Positions 47,309-55,794 of a DNA stretch of 64,000 nt are shown here, piece by piece. The notes beneath the pieces were generated by a model. That model had not been told where the DNA came from, did no database searches, and was given only the letters and a program-made list of their open reading frames with translations. The stretch lies in the IMG/VR virus record IMGVR_UViG_3300045988_115476; one strand, given 5' to 3'. The DNA comes from a virus. Position 1 is the first letter of the stretch. Every line of letters begins with the position of its first letter. A program made the position numbers and the translations under genes.

Positions 47309-49171
47309 ATGACTGACAAAGAGAAGAATTTTGCCATATTAAGCAAACTATATGAGTTTGCGGATGAGATTTGGGAAAATGTGGAGGATAAACGGGCCGG
47401 AGTTTTCACGGCCTCAGAGATAGCGCGATCCATCAAATCATGTAAGGATGTAATAGTCTGTTTTGGGGATTTAGGTGACGAGCAAATAACGGTCGAGGTG
47501 GATTCTTTTAGTTGCTCTATCCCGAAAAGCCGTATCTTTGAGTATATCCGCGTAGTTGAACGTTTGGCCGGTGTTAGTAGCAATAAGGCGAAGACGTTTG
47601 TGTACGAGGAGGAGAAGGGGGACGTATTAGGCAGCTGTAAGTTTGAATTTACGAAGGACTTTGCCGATCTGGTGCATTTTATAGCAAAAGACGAATTGCG
47701 GCCTTCACTTATGAACGTTGCCCTTAACGTCGATTTGTCGTGCCTGGTTGCGTCAGATGGCAAAGTACTAAAAGCCTATCCCGTGCGTATTATCGAAACG
47801 TCAGGGGATATGCACGACTTCCAAATAGATGGCGCATTGTTTTCCAAGATTTGCAAAAGATTGGGCGCCAGGGAAACGTATATTGCGGAGTGTACAAATT
47901 ACGGCGGTTCTGGCTGCATAGAAAAATGCGTGTTTAGCTGTGGCAGCCTATCTATTACGACGAAATATAGTGGGCGCTATCTTAACGTTAAAGGCGTCAT
48001 AAGGGACGTTAGGGAGGCCGGGCGGATGATCCTTTGCCCTGATGCCTGGAAGGACGCAACCAAGTTCTTTAAAAGCTCAAAGGGCCAAACGGTCAAAATA
48101 ACTGCAAATGTGGGTGATGACTTCGCCGTGTTGTCTAACGAGGATGGCAGCGAGTGTGTTATTAAGACGTTGCAGAATCCCGCCCAAAATGTGGAAAGCA
48201 CACATAAAGCGGATTCTTTGCGCCTGTTTGGAAATGTGTGCGAAATATTCTTTAATGGCCAAAATTGTCCCCTCACCTTCATTAGTGGTGATGCCTCGAT
48301 GGGATTAGTCATGCCATGTTGTAGCGATCAGTATTACGAGTTAGGCGAAAGCGAGCGGCACAATCCAATAGAGCTTGCAAAAGCGGCCCGTATCGACAAG
48401 AAAGCGGCAAAGGTGGATAGTAGTCGGCCCGCAAAGGAAAAGGCCCGCAAAACGCCTCCTACGGCCTCATGTGGGAAAGATATGGCAAGCGCGGCCCGCG
48501 GGAAAAGATTCAGCTTCGAAGCCGTCGGCGTGAATGTTGGCGATGTGCTGTCGTTTATTGATGGCACGGAAGTGGTGGCCGTCGCTGGCAATAAGGTGGA
48601 GTTTTGCGGCGAAGTATTTACTTTGTCCGGATTCTGCAAGGAGTTCATGCCCGACGACAAACGGACAAAAAGCAACTCGTACCGCGGTTGTAACTTCTTC
48701 TTCCTGGATGGTGTGTGCCTTGGGAAGATATTCCGTGAAGTTATGGAGGCAGCACCAGAATACGTGCCCACTATCGACGAGGGGGAAGATGCTACCTTTG
48801 AGCCTCAACGGGCGGACGGGATCCAGGAAACGGGCCATATTAGCCATGAGGCGAATAACTTTGAGCACAAAGAATGCGAAGAAAAGCCGCATAAGGGCCA
48901 AACGGGCCGCTTTGACGGCAAAATAACTCTTCACCCTACAGTTGTCCCACTTATTGTGAGAAAACGCAATACAGGCCGTTTTTGGCCGTTATTTGGACGT
49001 GTGGGGGCGATGGAGGCCACCGCGGCCCGTCGTGTGCGTGCAAAGGTATTGCGCCGTCGTGCTCCCACATTTGTGGCTGGCAGGGTTAGGCCACCACCAT
49101 ATTACGCGCATAACGAGGGGCGGATGAATAGTTTTAGGTTTTACAACAATTTCAAAATATCAAAAGAATGA
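47309..49171 (+). CDS. 620-aa protein with a sliding-clamp (DnaN)-like segment
   Basis: AKDELRPSLMNVALNVDLSCLVASDGKVLKAYPV resembles the DnaN ...TRYYLNGV...VATDGHRLA motif. The C-terminus is low complexity. Confidence 0.35.
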   Translation: MTDKEKNFAILSKLYEFADEIWENVEDKRAGVFTASEIARSIKSCKDVIVCFGDLGDEQITVEVDSFSCSIPKSRIFEYIRVVERLAGVSSNKAKTFVYEEEKGDVLGSCKFEFTKDFADLVHFIAKDELRPSLMNVALNVDLSCLVASDGKVLKAYPVRIIETSGDMHDFQIDGALFSKICKRLGARETYIAECTNYGGSGCIEKCVFSCGSLSITTKYSGRYLNVKGVIRDVREAGRMILCPDAWKDATKFFKSSKGQTVKITANVGDDFAVLSNEDGSECVIKTLQNPAQNVESTHKADSLRLFGNVCEIFFNGQNCPLTFISGDASMGLVMPCCSDQYYELGESERHNPIELAKAARIDKKAAKVDSSRPAKEKARKTPPTASCGKDMASAARGKRFSFEAVGVNVGDVLSFIDGTEVVAVAGNKVEFCGEVFTLSGFCKEFMPDDKRTKSNSYRGCNFFFLDGVCLGKIFREVMEAAPEYVPTIDEGEDATFEPQRADGIQETGHISHEANNFEHKECEEKPHKGQTGRFDGKITLHPTVVPLIVRKRNTGRFWPLFGRVGAMEATAARRVRAKVLRRRAPTFVAGRVRPPPYYAHNEGRMNSFRFYNNFKISKE

Positions 49172-49740
49172 GAAAGAAGACGATTGAGATGATGGTGCAT
49201 CAGCGTGACCGGATTTGCCAAATGTGCTATGATGGCAGATACGACCACCTTCCGAAGGAGGAGCGCGAAGCGAAAGTGGGCGCAATCCTCCAGCGTGCGG
49301 GCGACCTGGTAAACAAATATAGCAACCTTCTGTTTGATAACCTGGCGATCAACCTTGGTGATGCCAGCCATGAGGCAATTACCTTTGTCGTGTGCAACTA
49401 TCACGCCAGTAGGGAGGAGTACATGAAGCGCAATGGCTGCCGCCAGGAGTATGTGGCTGTGCTGGTAGTCCGCCACCATCCGAAGAAGGTCTTACAATGT
49501 GGCCGTATGCGCCATAGTGAGGCAATAGCCTGGGGAGCGGGTGCTTCTACCATGGCGAGCACGCAATACACAAAAGCGTCCATCGTGATCTACATTAAAG
49601 ACGGATCACTCGGGTTTAGCTTTGTGGCCGACTTCGAGCATCAGATTGGGGACTGGGCGCCCAAATATGTCACAAGCGCCCAAATGGAAAGTATTATCAA
49701 GGCCACCACCAAGGCTGAGGAAAAATCCACAAAAAAATAA
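49168..49740 (+). CDS. hypothetical protein (190 aa)
   Basis: ATGA overlap with the previous gene. Confidence 0.5.
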   Translation: MRKKTIEMMVHQRDRICQMCYDGRYDHLPKEEREAKVGAILQRAGDLVNKYSNLLFDNLAINLGDASHEAITFVVCNYHASREEYMKRNGCRQEYVAVLVVRHHPKKVLQCGRMRHSEAIAWGAGASTMASTQYTKASIVIYIKDGSLGFSFVADFEHQIGDWAPKYVTSAQMESIIKATTKAEEKSTKK

Positions 49741-49755
49741 ACGATTCCTGGAGAT

Positions 49756-49947
49756 ATGAGTATGAATAAGAATGAATTTAATTCTGTCTTAGAAGAACAG
49801 TCCTTTAACCTTGTCGAAATAATGGGCGCCCTTAACGGGCTGTTGGTCGCCGAAGGCGTGACCAGTTTCGAGCAGGATGCCATAAGTAATTTGCGTGACC
49901 AGATATTGCAGGCGGATGACGCGATCGAAACATTGTACCGAGAGTGA
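49756..49947 (+). CDS. hypothetical protein (63 aa)
   Basis: Small acidic ORF. Confidence 0.4.
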   Translation: MSMNKNEFNSVLEEQSFNLVEIMGALNGLLVAEGVTSFEQDAISNLRDQILQADDAIETLYRE

Positions 49948-50010
49948 ATTATTTTTCCCAAATGTGGCAATATGTGTTGCTAAACTACGTTATATCTATT
50001 ATAGGAGGTT

Positions 50011-50880
50011 ATGAAAGTAATTATCTACAGTCGTGTTTCGACCGACAAACAAACGTTTGCTCAGCAGGAGCGGACGGTCAACGAATGGTTGTCTTGCCAC
50101 GGCCTGACTGCCACCGACGAAGTGAGTGAGGCGGGTGTCAGCGGTAAGGTGTCGTACAAGTCGCGAAACCTTGGCCGCGTCGTCCTCCCCATGCTTGAAC
50201 GTGGCGACATTCTCATCGTGTCTGAGGTGAGCCGTATTGGCCGTTCTATGTGCGATATTAACAAGTTCGTGAATGACGAGCTCAAACCAAGGGGCGTGCG
50301 CCTGGTGATCGTGCAAATGGGCCTTGATATAGATTGTGCCAACTTGAAGGCCATCGACGAGATGTTGCTGTTCTCCTTCTCCTTTGCGGCTCAGCTCGAA
50401 AGGGAATTGATTCAGGAGCGCACACAGTCGGCCATCGAGGTCTTGAAGCGGAAGCTAAAGGATGACGGCCAGTTTGTGTCGAAGAAAGGCCGGGTGTGTC
50501 ACGCCCTTGGGCGCCCGAAGGAGACTGACACCACGGTGGCCACTACAGAATCGGCCATCAATCGGAAGGAGGAGGCCCGCCAAAAGCCCTACAATAAGGC
50601 CATCTGGCAGGTGTTGAAGGCATGTACGGAGAATTTCTCGGTCCTGGGATCTGACCGGTTTGACAAAGGGGTAGAGATACTCAACGGTATGGGCGTGAAG
50701 TCGGCCACGGGCAAGGAGTTTTCCCGTGCCAGGCTTCGTAGTGCTTACTATAACCTTCGGTCAGTATTCACGGACTATCGGCCCATCAGGAAGGATAGCG
50801 CCGTCTATCGCAATATGATAGAGCAGGGCGAGGATTCGCGTACTGGTTGGCGTGAATATAGGCAAGAAAATGGGATTTAG
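50011..50880 (+). CDS. serine recombinase (resolvase/invertase family)
   Basis: N-terminal VIIYSRVSTDKQ (catalytic Ser), ...VSEVSRIGRS and ...AQLERELIQERT. Confidence 0.75.
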   Translation: MKVIIYSRVSTDKQTFAQQERTVNEWLSCHGLTATDEVSEAGVSGKVSYKSRNLGRVVLPMLERGDILIVSEVSRIGRSMCDINKFVNDELKPRGVRLVIVQMGLDIDCANLKAIDEMLLFSFSFAAQLERELIQERTQSAIEVLKRKLKDDGQFVSKKGRVCHALGRPKETDTTVATTESAINRKEEARQKPYNKAIWQVLKACTENFSVLGSDRFDKGVEILNGMGVKSATGKEFSRARLRSAYYNLRSVFTDYRPIRKDSAVYRNMIEQGEDSRTGWREYRQENGI

Positions 50881-50914
50881 AATCAATAAATATCACTCGG
50901 AAATATAAAGCAAT

Positions 50915-51289
50915 ATGGCAAAAGTAGTTCCTATAAACAAGAAAGAGAGGAAACTTTGGAAAAAATGGGAAAGACAAGGTTTCTCAGAACGGCAACGGAG
51001 GAGTTTCTTGAACCAAGAGAGACGGTTTCAACGAAAGATGGAAGAACGCAAAGCTCGCCTGCCGGAGCTTTATAAACAGGGAAAGGCGAGTGCAGAAGAG
51101 CTTCTGCTATATTACGAGGAGACAGACCCAAAGACGCAAAGGGCGAACGACATATTTGTTGCGTGCATTCTTGCCATACCCGTCCTCCTCATTGTCCTGG
51201 TGGTCTTCTTCTTTGTCAGTCAGCCCATGATATTGATGTGTATCTGCTGGGCAATAGGCATGTTGCTGGCAATGGCCTTCGGACGATGA
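50915..51289 (+). CDS. tail-anchored membrane protein (124 aa)
   Basis: Basic N-terminus with two C-terminal transmembrane helices. Confidence 0.45.
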   Translation: MAKVVPINKKERKLWKKWERQGFSERQRRSFLNQERRFQRKMEERKARLPELYKQGKASAEELLLYYEETDPKTQRANDIFVACILAIPVLLIVLVVFFFVSQPMILMCICWAIGMLLAMAFGR

Positions 51290-51347
51290 ATCCCCCACAC
51301 ATTTTGCAGAATCAATCAATCTAACCATATAAGTTAAGTCAGTATAT

Positions 51348-51617
51348 ATGAAGAAGTTTGGAGTTTATTACAAGACGAATGTAGAGAGTTTCATGATTGC
51401 AGAGTTTGATACCCTGGCCGAGGCCAAGGAGTATTGCACGAATGAGACCAAGGGCTGCATCCCGGTGTCTGAGGATGATACCCGCGTTGACAATCACAAT
51501 ATCAGCTTTTATTACGAGGTCTATGATGGTGACCCCCTGGTCAGGGACGAGGACGGGGATGTGACCGGGCTAAAGGATCCCGTCTATGAGACGGACACAT
51601 TCTATAGCGAAGACTAA
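51348..51617 (+). CDS. hypothetical acidic protein (89 aa)
   Basis: ORF in the rightward accessory cluster; no motif recognised. Confidence 0.45.
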   Translation: MKKFGVYYKTNVESFMIAEFDTLAEAKEYCTNETKGCIPVSEDDTRVDNHNISFYYEVYDGDPLVRDEDGDVTGLKDPVYETDTFYSED

Positions 51618-51699
51618 TCCACACATGAATTAGCAGGGGAAACAAATCCGTTCCCTTTGCCGCTATTGATAGTTCAATCATCAAATATATTTCAGAGTT

Positions 51700-52062
51700 A
51701 TGAAGAAAGTAATATTTGGAGAGTTAGAGAAAATAGTCGGTGAGTACGGACACATGACTGTTTTCGTGCATGAAGAAACCCACACGCTATCAAGCTTTTT
51801 TGCCGAGGTTAACGAGAAGTCTATGGGTATTTCTTTCTGGTTAGCTCCTGAGATAACCATTTACACCTTGGCGGAAGTGCCCGAGATAGCGTCCGCTATG
51901 GAGGAGCTTGTGTTTAGCCGCAAACCCCACAACTATGTGGAGGATGAAGACTACGAGCAAATGAAAAAGGACTTTGCGGAGAGGCGAGGCACGGTTGCCT
52001 ATGCAAAAGGTCCGTTCTTCACGACTTACATGCTCCTTAGTCTGGGTGATTCAAACGCATAG
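51700..52062 (+). CDS. hypothetical protein (120 aa)
   Basis: ORF in the rightward accessory cluster; no motif recognised. Confidence 0.45.
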   Translation: MKKVIFGELEKIVGEYGHMTVFVHEETHTLSSFFAEVNEKSMGISFWLAPEITIYTLAEVPEIASAMEELVFSRKPHNYVEDEDYEQMKKDFAERRGTVAYAKGPFFTTYMLLSLGDSNA

Positions 52063-52088
52063 CAGTAACCGCATTCTCTTTTCCAAAA

Positions 52089-52207
52089 TCAAGAATAGAA
52101 ATCTGAAAAGGAATAGAGAAAAGGAATAGAGAAAAGCGAAGTAATTGATTATTAAAAGATTACTCGTTTCCATAGTCAAGAATAGAATCCTGAAATGGAA
52201 TTGAGAA
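52089..52207. repeat. two 32-bp purine-rich direct repeats (28/32 identical) plus a tandem GGAATAGAGAAAA x2
   Basis: TCAAGAATAGAAATCTGAAAAGGAATAGAGAA (52089-52120) versus TCAAGAATAGAATCCTGAAATGGAATTGAGAA (52176-52207). Confidence 0.6.
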
Positions 52208-52266
52208 TCTGAATAGAGACTATGATAATTCATTCATTAAATAACAACCAATCAAAAACTAAAGTT

Positions 52267-52785
52267 ATGAAGAAATTTTTATCGGTAATGGCAATTATGT
52301 TTGCCGTGGTTTTGCAAACAAATGCACAGACAACAAACAATGTTCACAACGGAACTAATTACTCTGTAACAATCGAAGAGGTCGTTCCTGTAAAGGGTAT
52401 GGATGCAAAACAGATGTACAATAACGCTTTATTGTGGGTAAACAACACTTTCTCTTCTCCTAAATCTGTAATTCAATCAAGAGAGGAAAGCCTTGGCTTA
52501 ATAACAATCCATTTGTGTACACAAAATAAGTCTGGTTCTTGGTTGGAAGCTACATTAAAGTTGCAGTTCAAAGATGGCAGATATAAATATACGTATGATA
52601 ACATTTGGTTAAAATGGGATTCAGATTTTAAGTCTCTTGGTGCTGAAGATGAACCTTATGGCAAATGGATAACCCATATTACCGATAACGCAAAAGCGAA
52701 TTGGAAGTCTGATTTGTTGGATTATTTGCGTCCGTATATTATGAGTATGAAAAACGGGATAATATCAACAAACAATGATTGGTAG
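52267..52785 (+). CDS. secreted DUF4468-like protein (moron candidate)
   Basis: Signal peptide MKKFLSVMAIMFAVVLQTNAQ, then ...AKQMYNNALLWVNNTFSSPKSVIQSREESLGLI...KDGRYKY. Confidence 0.5.
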   Translation: MKKFLSVMAIMFAVVLQTNAQTTNNVHNGTNYSVTIEEVVPVKGMDAKQMYNNALLWVNNTFSSPKSVIQSREESLGLITIHLCTQNKSGSWLEATLKLQFKDGRYKYTYDNIWLKWDSDFKSLGAEDEPYGKWITHITDNAKANWKSDLLDYLRPYIMSMKNGIISTNNDW

Positions 52786-52793
52786 TATTTACG

Positions 52794-52826
52794 GCTGGCT
52801 CACATGGTTGTGGGCCAGCTTTTTTT
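52794..52826 (+). terminator. strong intrinsic terminator
   Basis: GCTGGCTCAC pairs with GTGGGCCAGC, followed by T7. Confidence 0.7.
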
Positions 52827-53061
52827 GTGTCAACCAAAATATATGATCAATAATTGTCAAAAGTTAAAGTCTGGTCAAAATCCGCTTGGTTACACGAATG
52901 GAAGAAAAGCAGTAGCCGATCACGTTGAAAGGGGGGATGTAACGAAACGTGACACCCCTATCCCGAGCCAACATGGGGTGTTAGTGAATCAGTCCGTGAC
53001 CTATATCACAGAGAGCGGTGTTTATGCCCTAATCTTTGGCAGTAAGCAGGTTGTGTCGTAG
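52804..53061 (+). pseudogene. truncated Bro-N (antirepressor N-terminal) fragment
   Basis: LGYTNGRKAVADHV...ITESGVYALIFGSK, then an abrupt end. Its apparent ATG lies in the loop of the preceding terminator. Confidence 0.5.
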
Positions 53062-53117
53062 AGTGTTAAAGTAACGTTAAATCCTGCAATCTCATATTTC
53101 GTTTGGAAGAATTATCT

Positions 53118-53125
53118 TATCTTTG
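53118..53125 (+). promoter_or_regulatory. Bacteroides-type -7 box
   Basis: TATCTTTG followed by CA. Confidence 0.5.
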
Positions 53126-53128
53126 CAT

Positions 53129-53342
53129 TGTCAACAAGATAATGGTAAGCCATTCCGTCCGAGCAGCGGTCTTTGCTCATTCGTTATGTGTGAGTATTTT
53201 GTACCCACACACGACCAAATACGGTCGCCTATACGTAAGATAAAAACGAAGCTCTTTCGGAGTGGACTACCATCTTGTTGACAGCGTATATGGCGACCGC
53301 TTTTTGTTTGCCTATAATTCTTCTAATTAGTCAACAAGATGG
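53129..53342 (+). ncRNA. structured leader / cis-regulatory RNA of the antirepressor gene
   Basis: TGTCAACAAGAT (53129-53140) and GTCAACAAGATGG (53330-53342, which contains the ATG) can each pair with CCATCTTGTTGACA (53270-53283). A terminator-like stem pairs 53222-53235 with 53285-53299 and is followed by CTTTTTG. Confidence 0.5.
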
Positions 53343-54136
53343 AAGAAATTAGAGTTATTAGTAAATCAACCTTTTTGGGTAGGGAGATTGATGTGTACGG
53401 AACGGCTTATGAACCTTTGTTCAAAGCGAAAGATGTTGCAGAATGGATAGAACTATCCAACGTCTCTGACATGGTAAACCGGATAGACTGCGAAGAGGTG
53501 ACTAAGTTCAACTTAGGCGGCTTACAGGGCGAGACGTGGTTTCTAACCGAGGACGGTTTGTACGAAGTACTGATGCAAAGCCGCAAGCCAATTGCCAAGC
53601 AATTCAAGAAAGGAGTGAAAACTATCCTAAGGCAAATCCGCAAGACGGGCCAGTACAATGCTTTCCAGCAGCCACAGGCAAGCCTCAACGAACGAATGAG
53701 CGCGAGCTTAACGTTCGCCGACTGGAGCGCAAAGTTCCTCAACCTGAACGATGCAAGCAAGCAGGGTATGGCAAAGCGTATTGGCAAAATGGTGGGCCTT
53801 GAAGACACCTTTCCAATGGCCGTGAATGCGGGCACGGAGAAGCCCGTGACGCACGCCTCCCGCGATCTTCTTCTTTCTCATGGTGTGGGAATATCCACAC
53901 AGGCTTTCAACAAGGTTTTGGAGATAAAGGGAATTGTCAAACAGGCCACACGCCCTGGACGTGGCGGGAAAGTGCATAAATGGATGGTATTGCAGCCCGC
54001 ATTTGACAAGTACGGACAAAACCAACAGCATCCCAACTACCAGCAGCAGACGCAGATACGATGGTATGATGCTACTTTTGCCGAGTTGCTTACCATTGTC
54101 GGCCTCAACAAACAAACGTCGCTCTCCATTCAATAG
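53339..54136 (+). CDS. Bro-N domain antirepressor-like protein
   Basis: FLGREIDVYGTAYEPLFKAKDVAEWIELSN...EDGLYEVLMQSRKPIAKQFKKGVKTILRQIRKTGQY. Confidence 0.7.
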   Translation: MEEIRVISKSTFLGREIDVYGTAYEPLFKAKDVAEWIELSNVSDMVNRIDCEEVTKFNLGGLQGETWFLTEDGLYEVLMQSRKPIAKQFKKGVKTILRQIRKTGQYNAFQQPQASLNERMSASLTFADWSAKFLNLNDASKQGMAKRIGKMVGLEDTFPMAVNAGTEKPVTHASRDLLLSHGVGISTQAFNKVLEIKGIVKQATRPGRGGKVHKWMVLQPAFDKYGQNQQHPNYQQQTQIRWYDATFAELLTIVGLNKQTSLSIQ

Positions 54137-54200
54137 TGTGCGCGATAACACAAAAATGAAACGGAGGAAATCAATTTTTACATATCAATTATAATAAACA

Positions 54201-54503
54201 ATGGAAAAAACCGTTATGAATGAGAGTGCAAAGAACAGAGTGTTGAACCCGAAGCTGGCCAAGGTGCTTGTCAGCCTCCACGCCGTCTATAAGGACTTCA
54301 CGGAAGAGACCGATCGGGCGCAGGGCGAATACGGCGTCCACCTAAGCAGCCGGGTAGATGACTTTGTGGAGCACTACAATGCCATGTGCGACGACATAAC
54401 CGACGCTATGGGCAAGATCATGGCCGTGGAGGTCAATAGCATAGAAGAGGACGACGAGAGCGGTCGCCAGGAAGAGGAGGCCACTACTTCAAGCCTCGAA
54501 TAG
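54201..54503 (+). CDS. hypothetical acidic protein (100 aa)
   Basis: ORF immediately before the gene-free RNA/repeat island; no motif recognised. Confidence 0.45.
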   Translation: MEKTVMNESAKNRVLNPKLAKVLVSLHAVYKDFTEETDRAQGEYGVHLSSRVDDFVEHYNAMCDDITDAMGKIMAVEVNSIEEDDESGRQEEEATTSSLE

Positions 54504-54542
54504 AATAGGGAAAGAGTTTTTGATTATTATATAAATCCATTT

Positions 54543-54572
54543 CCTGCTGGTTCGTGAGAATAGGCAGGTTTT
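54543..54572 (+). terminator. GNRA-capped terminator hairpin h1
   Basis: CCTGCT-GG-TTC-GTGA-GAA-TA-GGCAGG followed by TTTT. Confidence 0.55.
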
Positions 54573-54825
54573 CCCTTCAAGCCAAGAAGACATAGAACCT
54601 CGGATGACCCAGGGAGGGAGGCGCGCGGGCAATGTGCTCCCGCCTCCTCTTCCTTTCCTTTGGACAGGATAAACTTTTCCCTTCAAACCAAAAAGAGATA
54701 CAGGTTCTTGTAAAACCCGTGGGGGCGTGCGGGTCAGGTGTGCGTCCCCATCCTTTTTCCTTTGAACCGGACAAACTCAGATGCTTTTAGTACTGGTTAG
54801 TTTTTAGTTAATTGTGTTATTCCAT

Positions 54826-54858
54826 AACAAACCGTTCGCGAGAATAGTTAGTTCTTTT
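54826..54858 (+). terminator. GNRA-capped terminator hairpin h2
   Basis: AACAAAC-CG-TTC-GCGA-GAA-TA-GTTAGTT followed by CTTTT. Confidence 0.5.
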
Positions 54859-54883
54859 GTTTATGGTTAATTAAAAGTGTTCA

Positions 54884-54917
54884 GAGTTGGTTGCCCGCGA
54901 GGGTAGCCAACTTCTTT
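54884..54917 (+). terminator. GNRA-capped terminator hairpin h3
   Basis: GAGTTGGTTG-CCC-GCGA-GGG-TAGCCAACTT followed by CTTTC. Confidence 0.5.
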
Positions 54918-55009
54918 CAACGAGACTTCAACTGTTGCAGACCTACGACATACTCATAGTTAATACACATAGAAAGGTTTTGTTTTTTAGTTTCGAGTGA
55001 ATATTTTGC

Positions 55010-55046
55010 GGGGATGGCCGTCCGTGAGGATAGCAGCCCCTTTCAT
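55010..55046 (+). terminator. GNRA-capped terminator hairpin h4
   Basis: GGGGATGGC-CG-TCC-GTGA-GGA-TA-GCAGCCCC followed by TTTCATT. Confidence 0.5.
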
Positions 55047-55143
55047 TAGTCTTACGAATGATAATATTTGTACATCCCCAGCGGGGGGAATGCCATTATT
55101 CAATATAGTGTGGCTTTATTCACATTTTTGTGTGTCTTTTTTC

Positions 55144-55174
55144 CCCTGTCGTCCGTGAGGATAGCAGGGTTTTT
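55144..55174 (+). terminator. GNRA-capped terminator hairpin h5
   Basis: CCCTGT-CG-TCC-GTGA-GGA-TA-GCAGGG followed by TTTTT. Confidence 0.55.
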
Positions 55175-55256
55175 CTTTTCCTTCAAACCTACCCTACACT
55201 TAGAATCATCTGTAATGATGAGGTGTTTGGCCGTACCGAGCCCGCAAGGGCGTACT

Positions 55257-55296
55257 GGATGGGAGAGGGCACGTTCCTTTCCCATCCGCTTTTTCT
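55257..55296 (+). terminator. strong intrinsic terminator, preceded by a GCAA-capped hairpin at 55233-55255
   Basis: GGATGGGAGAGG pairs with CCTTTCCCATCC, followed by GCTTTTTCTG. Confidence 0.6.
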
Positions 55297-55497
55297 GACC
55301 GCCAGGCATCCCAAAATCATTCCTTCATGATATGGCAATCGTGCCAATATGGCCTCAACAATGGCCGTCGCCCTGCCCTTCCTGGCTCCCACCGATTCAT
55401 GTAACTATGTGGACGGAAGACGGGATGGTGATAGGCGCAAAAAGTAACTATCCGTAAGTAGCACTTCGCCCAAAATCTGCAAGGCAAACCGTATTGC

Positions 55498-55632
55498 AAC
55501 TGTTTCATAACTGTTGCAGAACCGTTTACAAGGCGTTTCAACACCTTTGTAAATAGTTGTGTTTTAGAAAGTTACAAGCCAATTACTGTTGCACAACTGT
55601 TTCAAACTGTTTGTAACTGTTTGCGAACCGTT
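55498..55632. repeat. eight helically phased AACYGTT boxes in two clusters (iteron-like)
   Basis: Box starts are at 55498, 55509 and 55520, then at 55584, 55595, 55605, 55615 and 55626, with 10-11 bp spacing. A related box lies at 54930. Confidence 0.65.
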
Positions 55633-55794
55633 TACGGGTGTGTTTTTGGGCAGGATTGCTTACAGACCAATAGTTAAGCAATATTGCCGATTTTGCGTTA
55701 ATCTGTTAGTTTTCTCCCAGTTTCTTGGCGTGTAACCACCATGTAACTGCGGGGGAAGTCGAGGACTGATATACAAACTTTAACACTTGTGTTA

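Noticed and set aside
53129-53283. A MITE-like element with 12-bp terminal inverted repeats TGTCAACAAGAT / ATCTTGTTGACA.
   Set aside because: No target-site duplication flanks it. It begins exactly at a promoter, and a third copy overlaps the downstream start codon. That fits a cis-regulatory RNA better. The transposon idea is not fully excluded.
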